Assembly: GCA_047967505.1 (NCBI GenBank)
Contig: CM106538.1
Length of the DNA stretch: 64,000 nt
Direction: 5' to 3' (one strand)
From: Dipteris shenzhenensis
Taxonomy: Eukaryota
This document shows positions 1-11,744 of this stretch, in pieces. How positions within the stretch are numbered: position 1 is the first letter of the stretch; each line of letters begins with the position of its first letter. The notes below the pieces were generated by a model. The model ran no database searches and was not told the origin of the DNA. It saw only the letters and a list, made by a program, of their open reading frames with translations. The translations under genes and the position numbers were made by a program.

Positions 1-3000
1 GTGGCCAAACCAAGCAGGTAAAGCCGGTTGAGGGACCAGTAAAAACAAGTACCACCGTTGGGGTGAAAAGGAAAATAACTCCAATCGCAGCTCGGGCTTG
101 GTCAAAGTCCTCGTTGACCCCTGAACAAAAAGAGAAAGCTAGAAAAGAAGAATTGTGCTTCGGCTGCCTTCAGCGACATCAGTGGAAGGATTGTCCACTG
201 AATAAAGACCGTCGCACGGCTAATATGATAATATCTGAATGCGACGTCGAAATGCAGGAGAGTCCCAATGCGGAACATATGCAGATGCAATTGGCGGGAG
301 GTTAGTACCTGTGTTGTTAAGTGTGTCTGTTACTAAGTTAGTAAGCGGTGCACCTGATAACATCCTATCTAAGCCCGTAGCAACGGGGTATACAGCCTTT
401 AATGATATGGAGTTAATTAAAATGAAAGGGCAAGTGGCCAATCATGATGTCATTGTGTTGTTTGACTCGGCGTCAACTCACAATGTGATTAACTCCAAGC
501 TCGTGAAGAGGCTGAAATTAAGACAAGTCCATCTGACTATGCGTATACAATCAGGATGGCAGATGGAAGTTCAACTGAAGTATGGGACCAAAGGGTTACC
601 CAGTTGGAGCTTCGGATTCAGGACTATGCTGAGAAGCTTGATTTTGAAATGACCAAGCTTGCTCATGCAGATATAGCCCTAGTTATGGCGTGGCATTCTA
701 GGAAGAATCCAGCCATTGATTGGAAAAAGCACGTATATCAATTCCGGATGAATGATGTGCTTTATGTCTTGCGAGGTGAGAAAGATATACCTCAGGGACC
801 GTTGGTTTCCGTGATGGAAATCCGAAAAGCTCAAGTAGAGTTTTTATTCCTTTGCACAGCATCGGTAGAGCCGGTTGATGATTCTTCGGCTAGCACTGAT
901 GTTACGCAAAGTGATGAGATGGCCAAGCTGGCTAATCTTATAACAGAGGAGTTCTCTGAATGTTTTAGAGATGAACTACCTTATGAGTTACCTCCAGAGC
1001 GGAAAGTTCAACATAAGATTAAATTGATCCCGGGGGCAGAACCTGTAAATAGGCCGCCCTATAGAATAAGTAGGTGCGCAGACAACTGGAAGAATATCTC
1101 AAGTTGGGGCAGATTCAACCAAGTTTCTCACCTTTTGCTTTGCCAGTGATATTAAAGAAGAAAAAGCATGATACGTTTCGCCTCTGTATAGATTACAGAG
1201 CATTGAATAATATCACTGTTAAGCACAGGTATCCGATGGCTCGGATTGATGGTTTGCTAGATGCATTACATGGAGCCGTGATTTTCAATAAGATTGATCT
1301 TAAGTGTGGCTACCATCAAATCCGGATTAGAGCCGAGGATGTGCATAAAACCGCTTTCAGAAGCAGGTTTGGTCATTATGAGTTTTTCGTAATACCCTTC
1401 GGACTTACCAATGCTCCAGCGACCTTCGTCATGCTTATGAATGATTTACTACATCCGTATATCGGAAAGTTCGTAGTACATTTTATTGACGATATCCTGA
1501 TATTCAGTAAGAGTATTACTGAGCATCGTGAACACTTAAGAGTAGTGTTCAGTACTTTGAGGAAAGCCAGTCTTGATGTAAATAAAAAGAAAACTATACT
1601 GTGTATGGTTAGGCTTGAATATTTAGGATTCATAATTACTCCACAGGGGGTAGAAATGGATCCGAAGAAAGTGGCTGCGATACTAACTTGGTCAATCCCT
1701 CAGAGTCTGACCGTGTTGCGATCATTCTTGGGATTTGTCCACTTTTATAGAAGGCATATCAAAGGATATTCCGAAATAGTATCGCCATTGACTGATCTGA
1801 CCTCAGATAAAGTACCTTTTATTTGGGGGTAGAATCAACAAGAAAGTTTTAACACCATAAAACAAGCTGTGGTCTTAGGACCGGTGTTAAAAATAGTTGA
1901 TCCCCAGAAACCGTTGTTCCTGAAAACCGATGCAAGTGGCATTGCGGTGGGAGCAGTCCTCCTTCAAGAGGGAAGGCCAGTAGCCTTTGAAAGCAAGAAG
2001 CTTTCTCCCTCTCAAAGGAATTGGCCAACTCATGAATTGGAGTTGTATGCTGTTATCCATGCTTTGAAAACATGGAGGCATTACTTGTATGGTTCAGAGT
2101 TTTATGTGGATGTGGATCATGATACTCTGAAACATTTTTGTAAACAGCCTGACTTGAGGGGCCGCCAAGCTAGGTGGGCAGAGCTCATGCAGGAGTTTAA
2201 TTTAACGATTCGGTACCAAAGAGGAAAAGATAATAAGGTTGCTGATGCGTTGTCTCGCATTACGCACAACCTGAGTTTCACGGTATTAGAGAGTGCTTTA
2301 ATGACCGAGATCAGAGAAACTCAAAAGGTGGACGAGTTTGTCCAGAGCTTATGGCCTAAAGCTCATGTGTTAAAACCCGGGGAAAATGAAAAGGATGACC
2401 TAGCATCCAGAAAAGGCCAAACTTATGCAAGATATACCATAAGGGATGGTATGCTAGAAAGAAATGGCAAGGTTGTAGTACCTAGTCAGAATGATCTCAG
2501 GCAGAGAGTCATTCGACAGTGCCATGATAGCCCGTGTGCGGGACATCCAGGAGTCGAGAAGACATATGATCTCGTGAAGCGAGATTTCTTTTGGCCAAAG
2601 ATGAAAAAGCATATTCATGAATATGTGACACGGTGTTTCTCGTGTCAGGTAAGTAAGGCCGAGCGGGTGAAACCACCCGAACTTTTACAGCCCTTGAAAA
2701 TACCACTGAGTAAGTGGGAAAGCATTTCCATGGACTTTATTGTAGGGCTGCCTACGACACAAGGAGGGTATGATTCTATCCTTGTGGTGGTTGATCGTCT
2801 AACCAAGATGGCTCACTTCATTCCGACCAAGGAGTCTGTTAGTGCCCCGCAAGTGGCGGATTTGTTCATTAGACATATATTTCGTCTGCATGGATTGCCT
2901 AGATCCATAGTGTCAGACAAAGATGTCAGATTTACCGGTCATTTTTGGACAGCGGTATTTGAGACACTAAGGACTGAGTTGGGAATGAGTAGTGGGGATC

Positions 3001-3779
3001 ATCCTGAGACGGATGGTCAGACGGAGAGAGTCAACCAGACTTTAGAGGATATGCTGAGAGCATATGTGTCATTGAGGCAACATATGTGGGACAAGTGATT
3101 GCCATTGTTAGAGTTTGCCTACAATGATAGAAAACATTCATCTACCGGGTTCAGTCCGTTTGAGCTGAACTATGGTTATAGACCAGCCAATCCAACTATA
3201 GTTGGAATACCTCAGAAAGTGCCTAGTGCCGTGAACTTTGTAGTTCAGATGCGGGAGATGCTAGCACTTGCGAGAGCTAATATCCGCCAGGCTATGGATA
3301 GAGCCAAGGTGTATGCGGATGAAAACCGGTCTATAAGAGTATTTAAGGAAGGAGAAAAAGTTTTTCTCAGAGTTCCTTCGCACTCGAAGTCGTTGACTTC
3401 AGGAGAGTGTGCTAAGTTATCACCTCGATACTGTGGGCCGTGGTTAATTCTGAAACGAATAGGCAAGGTAGCCTATAAATTAGAGTTGCCACCGGGGTGT
3501 AAGGTGCACCCAGTGTTTCATGTTTCTCATTTAAAGAAATTTTTGCATATTGGTGACTCACTAATCGAAGGTGTGGTTTTGTTTCAGGAGATAGAGGATA
3601 ATGCAAGACGCAAACCAATAAGAATCCTGGACTGAGAAACAATGCAAATACGGAATCCGAAGATACCCACGGTGTTGGTTGCATGGCATGGTCAGCCTCT
3701 ATCGGAAGCTACCTGGGAATCCGTATACCAGTTACGGAGAGTGTTCCCAGATTTCATCATCGAGGACGCTGATGCTTGA
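1..3779 (+). mobile_element. Ty3/gypsy LTR retrotransposon (chromovirus-type) internal region, degenerate gag-pol
   Basis: CCHC knuckle CFGCLQRHQWKDC (63-305); protease LFDSASTHN; RT with RLCIDYRALN, PFGLTNAPATF, FIDDILIFS (1074-1832); RNase H TDASGIAVGAVL; integrase HHCC plus SMDFIVGLP and ETDGQTERVNQ (1869-3098); C-terminal chromodomain-like PIRILD*...VLVAWHGQPLSEATWE. Order PR-RT-RH-IN with several stops and frameshifts. Confidence 0.96.
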
Positions 3780-4260
3780 AGAGGGAAGGAATGTTATGCT
3801 CTAGCCGAGATAGCATGACCTCGGAAAGATCGGTGGGCATTTTCTCTTAGATGACCAACTGTTGTAATAATTAATGTGTGTAAATGAAACGGTCAAGAGA
3901 AGTAACTGCCAAGGTCCTAGGTGAGGGTGAAATGGCATTGACTAGGTGGTTTTGAGTGCTAAGGCCTAGGTGCACCTAAATGTGCAATAATGCCAAGGGG
4001 CAAGTGGTTTTAAATGTGCCCCAAGAGAGGGGTAAATGGTGCACCAAGTGAAAAGGCTAAAATGATGACATTTGGCAAGGGGAACCATCTAGGGAGATGA
4101 GGGTCTCGTGGATATGCATGAGGAAGATAAAGGACGTATTAATTGGAAAACATGCGATCTACGAGAGTAGGCTGGGAGGAAATAATAGATGCCATCGCCC
4201 GTGATCTGAGTGTGTGTTAGAGAATAGAGAATTTATCAGAACATGATCCCAAACTAGCTC
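3778..4260 (+). repeat. Polypurine tract (3778-3791) and start of the gypsy 3' LTR (TG at 3792); right end unresolved
   Basis: GAAGAGGGAAGGAA immediately followed by TGTTATG right after the pol stop codon. Confidence 0.75.
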
Positions 4261-4269
4261 TTGGGCCAC

Positions 4270-4486
4270 AAGACTAGCTAGGGTCATCCTCTCCGTCTGA
4301 AAGAGCTAGCTGTAAAAACCGGTGGTCATGTCCAAAATCTCCTGCGCGTCGATGTGCATGATGGCCTGCGAGTCCCAGAGACGCTGTAGCTGTGTGCCTG
4401 CCGATTGGGACCCAGTGGTATGAAAGAACTGCTTCGTTATTTTGTCCCTCTGCTGCACCCATCGGGCCCAGAAGGAATGATAGGAG
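4270..4486 (-). pseudogene. L1-type LINE ORF2 remnant, distal part (split by copia insertion)
   Basis: Minus frame SYHSFWARWVQQRDKITKQFFH...DAQEILDMTTGFYS resembles the L1 RxxWxxEGDxNTKFFH linker and joins in frame with 10748+ once the copia and one TSD are removed. Confidence 0.8.
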
Positions 4487-4662
4487 TGAAAGGGAAGGTC
4501 AGAGGGAGAAGAGCAACAGAGAGAGAGTGAGAGTAAGAGACTCAAAATGCGGGTGTGAAGTGATGAGCCACACCACAAACTCATAGGTTTTATTAGGATT
4601 AGGTTTTTTCCCCCTATGACATATTTTTAATAAAGGGGTGGCAATGTGCCTTTACCCCAACA
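4487..4662 (-). repeat. 3' LTR (176 bp) of the intact copia; PPT AGGTGGGAGGT adjacent at 4663-4673
   Basis: Direct repeat of 10543-10747 with TG/CA termini. Confidence 0.95.
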
Positions 4663-4760
4663 ACCTCCCACCTAAAGGCCAATATGCCTAAGGGGAGAAA
4701 AGAATAAAAATTACAGCAATATACAGTTACTGTATACAAGACCATAAAATAAGAGTGGTC

Positions 4761-7700
4761 TCATCCTAATCCCATGATGTGGCGGCAATGTGCAAACCGC
4801 TCTGTAGGCAAGCTCTTAGTGAGCAAATCTGCAGGATTATCATCAGTATGCACCTTCACAAGCTCAAGTCGCTTGTCTTCCAGTACCTCCCTGATGAAAT
4901 GATATTTCACATCTATGTGCTTGGTCTTCTGATGAAAGACCGGATTCTTTGCCAACATGATAGCACTCTGACTATCACAATGCAAAACTGGCATATCTCC
5001 TGTAATGCCCAAGTCTCCCACCAGCCGAGTAAGCCATATCGCTTCCTTGCAAGCCTCAGTGGCTGCAACATATTCAGCTTCAGTAGTTGACAGTGCAACG
5101 CATTTCTGCAACCGAGACACCCATGATATAGCACCTCCTGCAAATGTGAAAATATAACCGGTAGTAGACTTCCGGTTATCTGCATTCCCTGCATAGTCTG
5201 AATCTGTAAAACCATGCACCAATGCATCCTGCTTACCATAGCATATGCACAAGTCTTTGGTACCCTTGAGATACCTCAAGACACCTTTCACTGCTTCCCA
5301 GTGCCGCTTGCCTGGATTTGCCATATACCTGCTGATGACTCCCACCGCAACAGCAATATCCGGACGAGTGGCAACCATGGCATACATCAAAGAACCAACT
5401 GCAGATGCATACGGAACCTTGGCCATTTCAGCCTTATCATCATCTGATCTGGGGCTGTCCTTACTGCTGAGTTTTAAATGTGGAGGCAACGGGGTACTAA
5501 TAGACTTCCCCCCCTCCATTTTAAACCTCTGCAGTACTTTGTCAATGTACTCCTTCTGTGACAGAAACAAAAGTCCCTTGGACCTGTCGCGGGTAATCCG
5601 CATGCCAAGAATATGGTTTGCATCACCCAAGTCTTTCATGTCAAAAGACTTATGCAGTTGTTTCTTCAAAGCACTAATCTCATGCTGAGATTTGCTGGCA
5701 ATCAGCATGTCATCCACATATAGAATGAGTAGCATCAAACTGCCATCCTTTGCCCGTTTGGTGTACAAGCAATGATCGGTCTCACACCTATGATACCCTT
5801 GGGACTGCATGAAAGCATCAAACTTCTTGTACCATTCTCTTGGTGCCTGCTTGAGTCCATACAAGCTCCTCTTGAGCTTACACACAAGCTGCTCTTTCCC
5901 TTTAACAGCATATCCCTCTGGCTGACTCATATAGATCTCATCATGTAGATCTCCGTGAAGAAAAGCAGTCTTCACATCCATCTGACATAAATCCATGTCC
6001 TCATGAGCAACAAGAGCTAACACTGCTCTCAAAGTAGTCATCTTGACTACAGGGGAAAAGATCTCATCAAAGTCAATGCCTTTCTCCTGCTTAAATCCCT
6101 TGGCAACCAATCTGGCTTTATACCTCGGTAAAGCATTTGAATCCACTTTGACTTTGTAAACCCACTTGCATGGCAAAACCTTTCTGCCTACAGGTAGCTG
6201 CACCAAGTCCCATGTATCATTTTGAAGTAGGGAGTCCATTTCAGATTGCATGGCTTTCTCCCACTTTCTTTTCTCTGTTCTTCCCATAGCTTCCTTGAAG
6301 CTAGAAGGCTCACCACAATCTGTCAGCATGATAAAATCAGCCACATTATTGGCTCCTGGAACAAACCTGTCAGGAGGCCGTTGTACACGGGTGCTCCTCC
6401 TAACAAAATGTTCCGGATTAGGCTGCTGTCCAGCCTGTTCGTCATGCATGACGGGTGGCTGTACCACCATATCTGGCTGTTCTACAGCCCCATTTGCTGG
6501 CATATTCAATGGTGCATCATTGGCAAAATTATCTGGCTGATTTTCAGCCTGTATACCCTCTTGAACAGGGTTATCTGCAGCAGCCTGCTGCTGCATATAA
6601 AAGGGCATTCTTTGCTGTCCATCATCATCATAAATAACCCTCCTGTATTCCACAGGTTGCACGGGTTCCTTGTGTACACTATCCTCTTTAAAGATGACAT
6701 CATTGCTGCGTATAATCTTCCGTTTAACGGGATCCCATAACCTGTACCCCATTTCACCTTCGTCACCATAACCCATGAAGATGCATCTGAGAGACTTTGG
6801 CTCCAGTTTGGTGCGCAGTTCTTTGCGTACATGAGCAAAGCACTCGCAGCCAAACACACGTAAGTGCTTATATGAGGGTGGCTTACCAGACCACACCTCC
6901 TCTGGCACTTTCAACTCCAAAGCCTTGTTTGGCGACCTGTTAATAATGTGAACTGCTGTTTGCACGGCTTCTGCCCAAAAGCCATGGGGCAATGCAGCAT
7001 AAGACAACATACATCGAACCTTCTCCTGAATAGTTCGATTCATCCGCTCACTTACACCATTTTGAGATGCATTATGAGGGGCTGTGAGTTCCTGTTTGAT
7101 GCCCTTAGCTTCGCAAAACTGCACAAAAGCATGTGACACATACTCACCCCCATTATCGGATCTGAGGCATTTCAGCCTGCGACCTGTCCAAATCTCAACC
7201 TGAGCGACAAACTTCTTGAAAGCATCTAAGGCATCGCTTTTATGCTTCAAGAAATAGACCCACACTTTGCGTGTGGCATCATCAATAAAAGTAATAAAAT
7301 ATTTTGCACCCCCTAGTGATAATTGTGGCATCTCACACAAATCAGTGTGCACTAGATCAAGCGGTGCTCTATTCTGGGGAGTTCTCCTCTTATGAGGAGT
7401 CACAGAATGCTTGCCAAATATGCAATGATCACAAGTAGGCAAATCTGAAAAAGAAAGAGACGGCAGATAACCCAAACGTGACAGTTCTTGCATTCTTTTA
7501 ACAGACATGTGTCCCAACCGGCGATGCCACAATGAAACCTTTGGCAGCTCGGTTATGGCAACAACATGATTACCCACACTGGAAACATAAAGAGGGTACA
7601 AGGTATCACTCTTATAACCCTCAGCCACTACAACCTGGCCATCAGTAATCACCCATTTGGAATCCCCAAATGTGGTGTGGTAACCACTGTCATCCAACAA

Positions 7701-8876
7701 GCCAGTGCTAATCAGATTTTTCTTGATTTGCGGCACATGGCGAACACCATCAAGCATAAATGACCTTCCATCAGGGAATACTATCTGTATACTGCCAATC
7801 CCTGCAATATGACATGCATAGTTGTTCCCAAGGTGAACAACTCCATGAGTCCCTGTGTAAGAAGTAAACCACTCCTTATGAGGAGTAACATGAAAAGAAG
7901 CACCTGAATCCAAGAGCCAGGTGTGCATGTCATGGCCATCAATAACCAATGTGTGTGCAATTACAGCAGAAGAACATAATACCTCATGTCTGTCACTGTC
8001 ACTGTCCTCTGCTGCAACATTCACTGCATCCAAGTCATCTACCTTGGCCTTGCCTTTGCCTTTGCCTTTGCTTCCACTGCCTGCATCCTTTGCTTCAGCC
8101 TTCTTGGCTTTCTGATCCCGTATAAACTTGAAGCACTTAGACTTCACATGTCCCTTCTTGCCACAATAAAAGCATTCAATATCCTTTTTACCACGGGACT
8201 GACTGCGGGATTTGGACTTACTAGCAGATCTCCCCTTCTGCTGAGTCCTGCCTCTTTCCTGTACCTGCAAAGCATTTGAAGACTTGCTGCCCGCATTATT
8301 TTTCCTGCTCATCTCCTCCATGAGGAGAGAGCTCTCTACATCAGCATATATAAGAGTGACATTCGAATTAGACAAGGTGGTCTTGAAAGTGTCCCAACTC
8401 TCAGGAAGGGTACACAACAAGAAAGTAGCCTTGAACTCCTCATCAAGGTTCAACCCCTGTGCAATCAGCTGTGTAAAGATGGCATTGAACTCACTCAAGT
8501 GTGAGGTCATAGCTGTACCTTCCTTCATGCGAAGATCAACCAGCTTCTTCAACCAATACACCTTACTGACTGAACTCTTTTGGACATACAACTCTGCTAG
8601 CCTCTGCCATACACCATAAGAGGTCTTTTCAGCCTGAACATTGTACACAAGAGAATCACTGAGAGTAAGCATGATAGCAGCCCTCGCGGACAGATCTAGC
8701 TCCTCCCACTCATCATCTGCCATCCCAGATGGCTTGACACCCTTCACCCTTATGGGCTTAGAAAACTTCTTAAGCAGAAGTACATTCAAACACTGTTCTG
8801 CCCATAATGCATAATTGTGTGCTCCTTCCAGTTTCTTTATGTTCAGAATTGAAGATTCACTTCCCCCTGATGCCAT
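4761..8876 (-). CDS. Copia gag-pol polyprotein, 1371 aa, intact
   Basis: CFYCGKKGHVKSKC knuckle; WLLDSGASFH protease; LWHRRLGH and CDHC; integrase HTDLC/RSDNGGEY/NGVSERMNRT; RT QMDVKTAFLHG and YVDDML; RNase H FTDSDYAG/TEAEY/CDSQSA/NPADLLTK. Confidence 0.98.
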   Translation of the reverse strand: MASGGSESSILNIKKLEGAHNYALWAEQCLNVLLLKKFSKPIRVKGVKPSGMADDEWEELDLSARAAIMLTLSDSLVYNVQAEKTSYGVWQRLAELYVQKSSVSKVYWLKKLVDLRMKEGTAMTSHLSEFNAIFTQLIAQGLNLDEEFKATFLLCTLPESWDTFKTTLSNSNVTLIYADVESSLLMEEMSRKNNAGSKSSNALQVQERGRTQQKGRSASKSKSRSQSRGKKDIECFYCGKKGHVKSKCFKFIRDQKAKKAEAKDAGSGSKGKGKGKAKVDDLDAVNVAAEDSDSDRHEVLCSSAVIAHTLVIDGHDMHTWLLDSGASFHVTPHKEWFTSYTGTHGVVHLGNNYACHIAGIGSIQIVFPDGRSFMLDGVRHVPQIKKNLISTGLLDDSGYHTTFGDSKWVITDGQVVVAEGYKSDTLYPLYVSSVGNHVVAITELPKVSLWHRRLGHMSVKRMQELSRLGYLPSLSFSDLPTCDHCIFGKHSVTPHKRRTPQNRAPLDLVHTDLCEMPQLSLGGAKYFITFIDDATRKVWVYFLKHKSDALDAFKKFVAQVEIWTGRRLKCLRSDNGGEYVSHAFVQFCEAKGIKQELTAPHNASQNGVSERMNRTIQEKVRCMLSYAALPHGFWAEAVQTAVHIINRSPNKALELKVPEEVWSGKPPSYKHLRVFGCECFAHVRKELRTKLEPKSLRCIFMGYGDEGEMGYRLWDPVKRKIIRSNDVIFKEDSVHKEPVQPVEYRRVIYDDDGQQRMPFYMQQQAAADNPVQEGIQAENQPDNFANDAPLNMPANGAVEQPDMVVQPPVMHDEQAGQQPNPEHFVRRSTRVQRPPDRFVPGANNVADFIMLTDCGEPSSFKEAMGRTEKRKWEKAMQSEMDSLLQNDTWDLVQLPVGRKVLPCKWVYKVKVDSNALPRYKARLVAKGFKQEKGIDFDEIFSPVVKMTTLRAVLALVAHEDMDLCQMDVKTAFLHGDLHDEIYMSQPEGYAVKGKEQLVCKLKRSLYGLKQAPREWYKKFDAFMQSQGYHRCETDHCLYTKRAKDGSLMLLILYVDDMLIASKSQHEISALKKQLHKSFDMKDLGDANHILGMRITRDRSKGLLFLSQKEYIDKVLQRFKMEGGKSISTPLPPHLKLSSKDSPRSDDDKAEMAKVPYASAVGSLMYAMVATRPDIAVAVGVISRYMANPGKRHWEAVKGVLRYLKGTKDLCICYGKQDALVHGFTDSDYAGNADNRKSTTGYIFTFAGGAISWVSRLQKCVALSTTEAEYVAATEACKEAIWLTRLVGDLGITGDMPVLHCDSQSAIMLAKNPVFHQKTKHIDVKYHFIREVLEDKRLELVKVHTDDNPADLLTKSLPTERFAHCRHIMGLG

Positions 8877-10527
8877 ATCAGATAAGGAAAGTATCTGATT
8901 CCCTGGAAGTAAAAAGACTGAATAAAAAATTCTGATTTCTCAGAAAAAAAAAACTGCTCTATCAAGAGCCAGGAGCACTCACAATAGTGCTGTTTTTTAC
9001 TGTCAGGAAATCTGCAGCAAAACAGAAAATTCTCCCAGTTACTGTACCTTCTGAAACACTGTACCGTGCTCAAATAGGCATAAAATAGTAATTTCAGAAT
9101 GCTGCAGCTGTTCCACAAGTGCTTTAACAGTGCATCATCAGCTGACAAAGCACAAAGCACTGCTGTCCTGATCACTTCTCCCACCTCAGATGAGGTATTG
9201 CACTGATTTTATATGCATAAACCACTTGTCATACACTGTTAAAGGTCCAGACTCTTCAGCCTGTCACAAACCTGCAACAGAAAATGGGACAAATCCCAAA
9301 CAATCACCCTTCTGCCAAAGGGATAAAAGGCATCTGAAGGTCTCTGACAGTAACCCAAGTGCTCTCAATCAAAATCTGGGCAAAAGCCCCTTGATTTGAC
9401 ACCTGTACCAAGTGAAGAACACCTCAACACTGAGGTAGCATACAAAATGTAGCGCTCTCCTGGCACTTTCACCTGACAATGCAATGCATAAACAGCCCTG
9501 TGTACACAATAGCAACACAGATCCCAACGTACAGACACTGAAGAGAAAATCTTTTGAGCACTGTCAACGATGGACAGTTAGGGACCGAGTAAACTCGATG
9601 TGCCCTGGCCAAGCGTGGCTCAACTGAGATTTTCAAAAGGTGTCATACACAAAATGTGACCTGCAAGAAATGTCACTGAGTACACTGCGGAAACAAGACT
9701 AATGTGGGCTCCCTGGGGCTCCACACTGCCTCAAGGCATACACTGCATAAGCTTCCAGGCAAAAGCCCTTTGAAAATGTCACCCAAAAGCTGAGATTTGC
9801 ACTCAGCAAAGGCATAAAAGTCCTCTGCAAAATCAAGGCATTACCTTCCCAAAACAAGATAACTGTGCAATCAACCACACACTGTGGTTCTGGTCACCTC
9901 AAGCACGAGGGAGACGAAGGTACTTGCTGTACTTTCAAAAAAACACAGTTTTGAGAACTGAAAAATAATCCTGAATGAAGAGCAGAGTGCTCTCTCTCCT
10001 TCTCTTTTTCTCCCAAAAAAAAAACTGATGTACCTGCTGTACTTTTGTACCTTTGTACTAGCAGCACTGTAGTACCTGCTATACCTGTGTACTTGTGCAG
10101 GGTACAAAAAAAAACTTTCGAAAAAACAAGCCTTCCTTGACGCAGATGCCTGACGCTGCTCCCAATCGAAAGAAGACACCTTACTGTCGCAGTCTGTACG
10201 ACGGTCCGTACAGTACGGTCGACATACGGCTGTACGGACGACCGTACGTCCGTACGCGACTGTACGGCGAATGGGCTCGAAGCCCAGCTCATGCCCGCGC
10301 GCTCCCTGCGCCCACGCACGCGACGCCTACACCCACGCGCTACTTGCGCCCACGCCCTGCCTGCACGCTACCCGTGATGCTGCCTGCGCGCTGCCCGCGA
10401 TGCTGCCTCGTCGCCCCGCGTAGCTGTGCCGCGCTGCAGCCCTAGCTGCTTGCTCTATGTCAAGGGGGCACAAGTCCCGAGGGAGGTAGAGGGTATGGTA
10501 GGCAGGGGTAGAGGGGGAAGAGAGGCT

Positions 10528-10540
10528 GGCTCTGATACCA
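10528..10540 (-). promoter_or_regulatory. Primer binding site (tRNA-iMet)
   Basis: TGGTATCAGAGCC on minus strand, 2 nt from the LTR end. Confidence 0.95.
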
Positions 10541-10542
10541 GT

Positions 10543-10747
10543 TGAAATGGAAGGTCTGAGGGAGAAGAGCAGAGAGAGAGTGAGAGAGTGAGAGTAAGAG
10601 ACTCAAAATGCGGGTGTGAAGTGATGAGCCACACCACAAACTCATAGGTTTTATTAGGATTAGGTTTTTTCCCCCTATGACTGTCTTAAGACAGTCATAG
10701 GTGTCATATTTTTAATAAAGGGGTGGCAATGTGCCTTTACCCCAACA
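10543..10747 (-). repeat. 5' LTR (205 bp) of the intact copia
   Basis: Direct repeat of 4487-4662 with an extra 24 bp completing a palindrome. Confidence 0.95.
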
Positions 10748-11740
10748 AGGAGAACTCAGCCTGCCACACCTCCGTGTCTTGGAGCTCGAGACGAGCGCTC
10801 TCGAATCTATCACTAAGCCACTAAGAAACTGGGTCCTACTCCTTGAGCCTCTCGATGGAGGTGAGGTCTCTTCTCAAAGCCCACTCACGCTCCTGAAGGG
10901 TACTCCTCCGCCTAAGGGCATGAGCCTACAGCTCCTCACTGCTCCTCTAAATCGCATCGGCAAACAACGCAGTCCAGCCCTCACACGGTGCCGTCTCTAA
11001 CTGCCCCAAATCCCTGCCATGACCTGCTGAATCTCCTCGTCCTACAAGAGGTCCTCTGGAATGCGGACCCCCTTCTGGGGAGACCTCAGAGGGGCTGATC
11101 CAAGTGAAGTACCACTGGAGAGTGGTCTGACATCCTGGTACCTGCCAGAATCCTAGTAGATCTAGTCTCTCTAGCAATCCATCGTGTCTCCTCTGTCCAA
11201 AGGAGAAGAGAAGGCTGCCAAGTGTCCTGCTAAAATCTGTCTCTCTCCACGAGTCTCTGCCACTGATCATGAAAATAAACTGCTCCCAAGTGCTATGCTC
11301 TGCTGCTGGCATCTCGGTTCAAGTTACCCTTCTCCATCTCCCGATTCCCGCTAATCTAGGCTTGGGGTTCAAAGAAGAATCCTAGAGTGTCCAGGGTTGG
11401 CTGAGGCAACGACGGATTATCCGTCCCCACGGAGCGTGCTCCGCCCTGCTTGTCTTCCCCAAACTCCAGGTCGTTGAGGTCACCTCCAACAATCCAAGAG
11501 TCTACATCCGGAAGACACTCTGACAGCCTCCTCCAAAAAGGCCGGGCGGTGCTGTCTACACGCTGGGGCATACACATTCAGGATCCTAATCCTGGACTCT
11601 CCCGTCCGAACTCCCATCTAAACTACCCGTCTTGGAATGAGCTCACCCTGATCGTAGACCTTTGGAGCCAAAGTCTGTGAGAATGAGATGCAGACCCCTC
11701 CACTCCATCCTACCGCACTGGGAGCAGCCAGGTGCAGGAG
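10748..11740 (-). pseudogene. L1-type LINE ORF2 remnant, AP-endonuclease/linker part
   Basis: RPFWRRLSECLPDVDSWIVGGDLNDLEFGEDKQGG matches the L1 endonuclease WxxxGDFN region; continuous with 4270-4486. Confidence 0.75.
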
Positions 11741-11744
11741 CTCA

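Larger units (their letters stand above)
4487..10747 (-). mobile_element. Full-length Ty1/copia LTR retrotransposon
   Basis: Two TG...CA LTRs (4487-4662, 10543-10747), 5-bp TSD AGGAG (4482-4486 and 10748-10752), Met-i PBS, PPT, single uninterrupted gag-pol ORF. Confidence 0.98.

Noticed and set aside
4779-8619. Plus-strand ORFs over the copia polyprotein
   Set aside because: Antisense shadows of a long coding frame with no independent motifs.
9871-10445. Extra env-like or accessory ORFs in the copia leader
   Set aside because: Short, low-complexity products of GC-rich repeats; no transmembrane or domain evidence.
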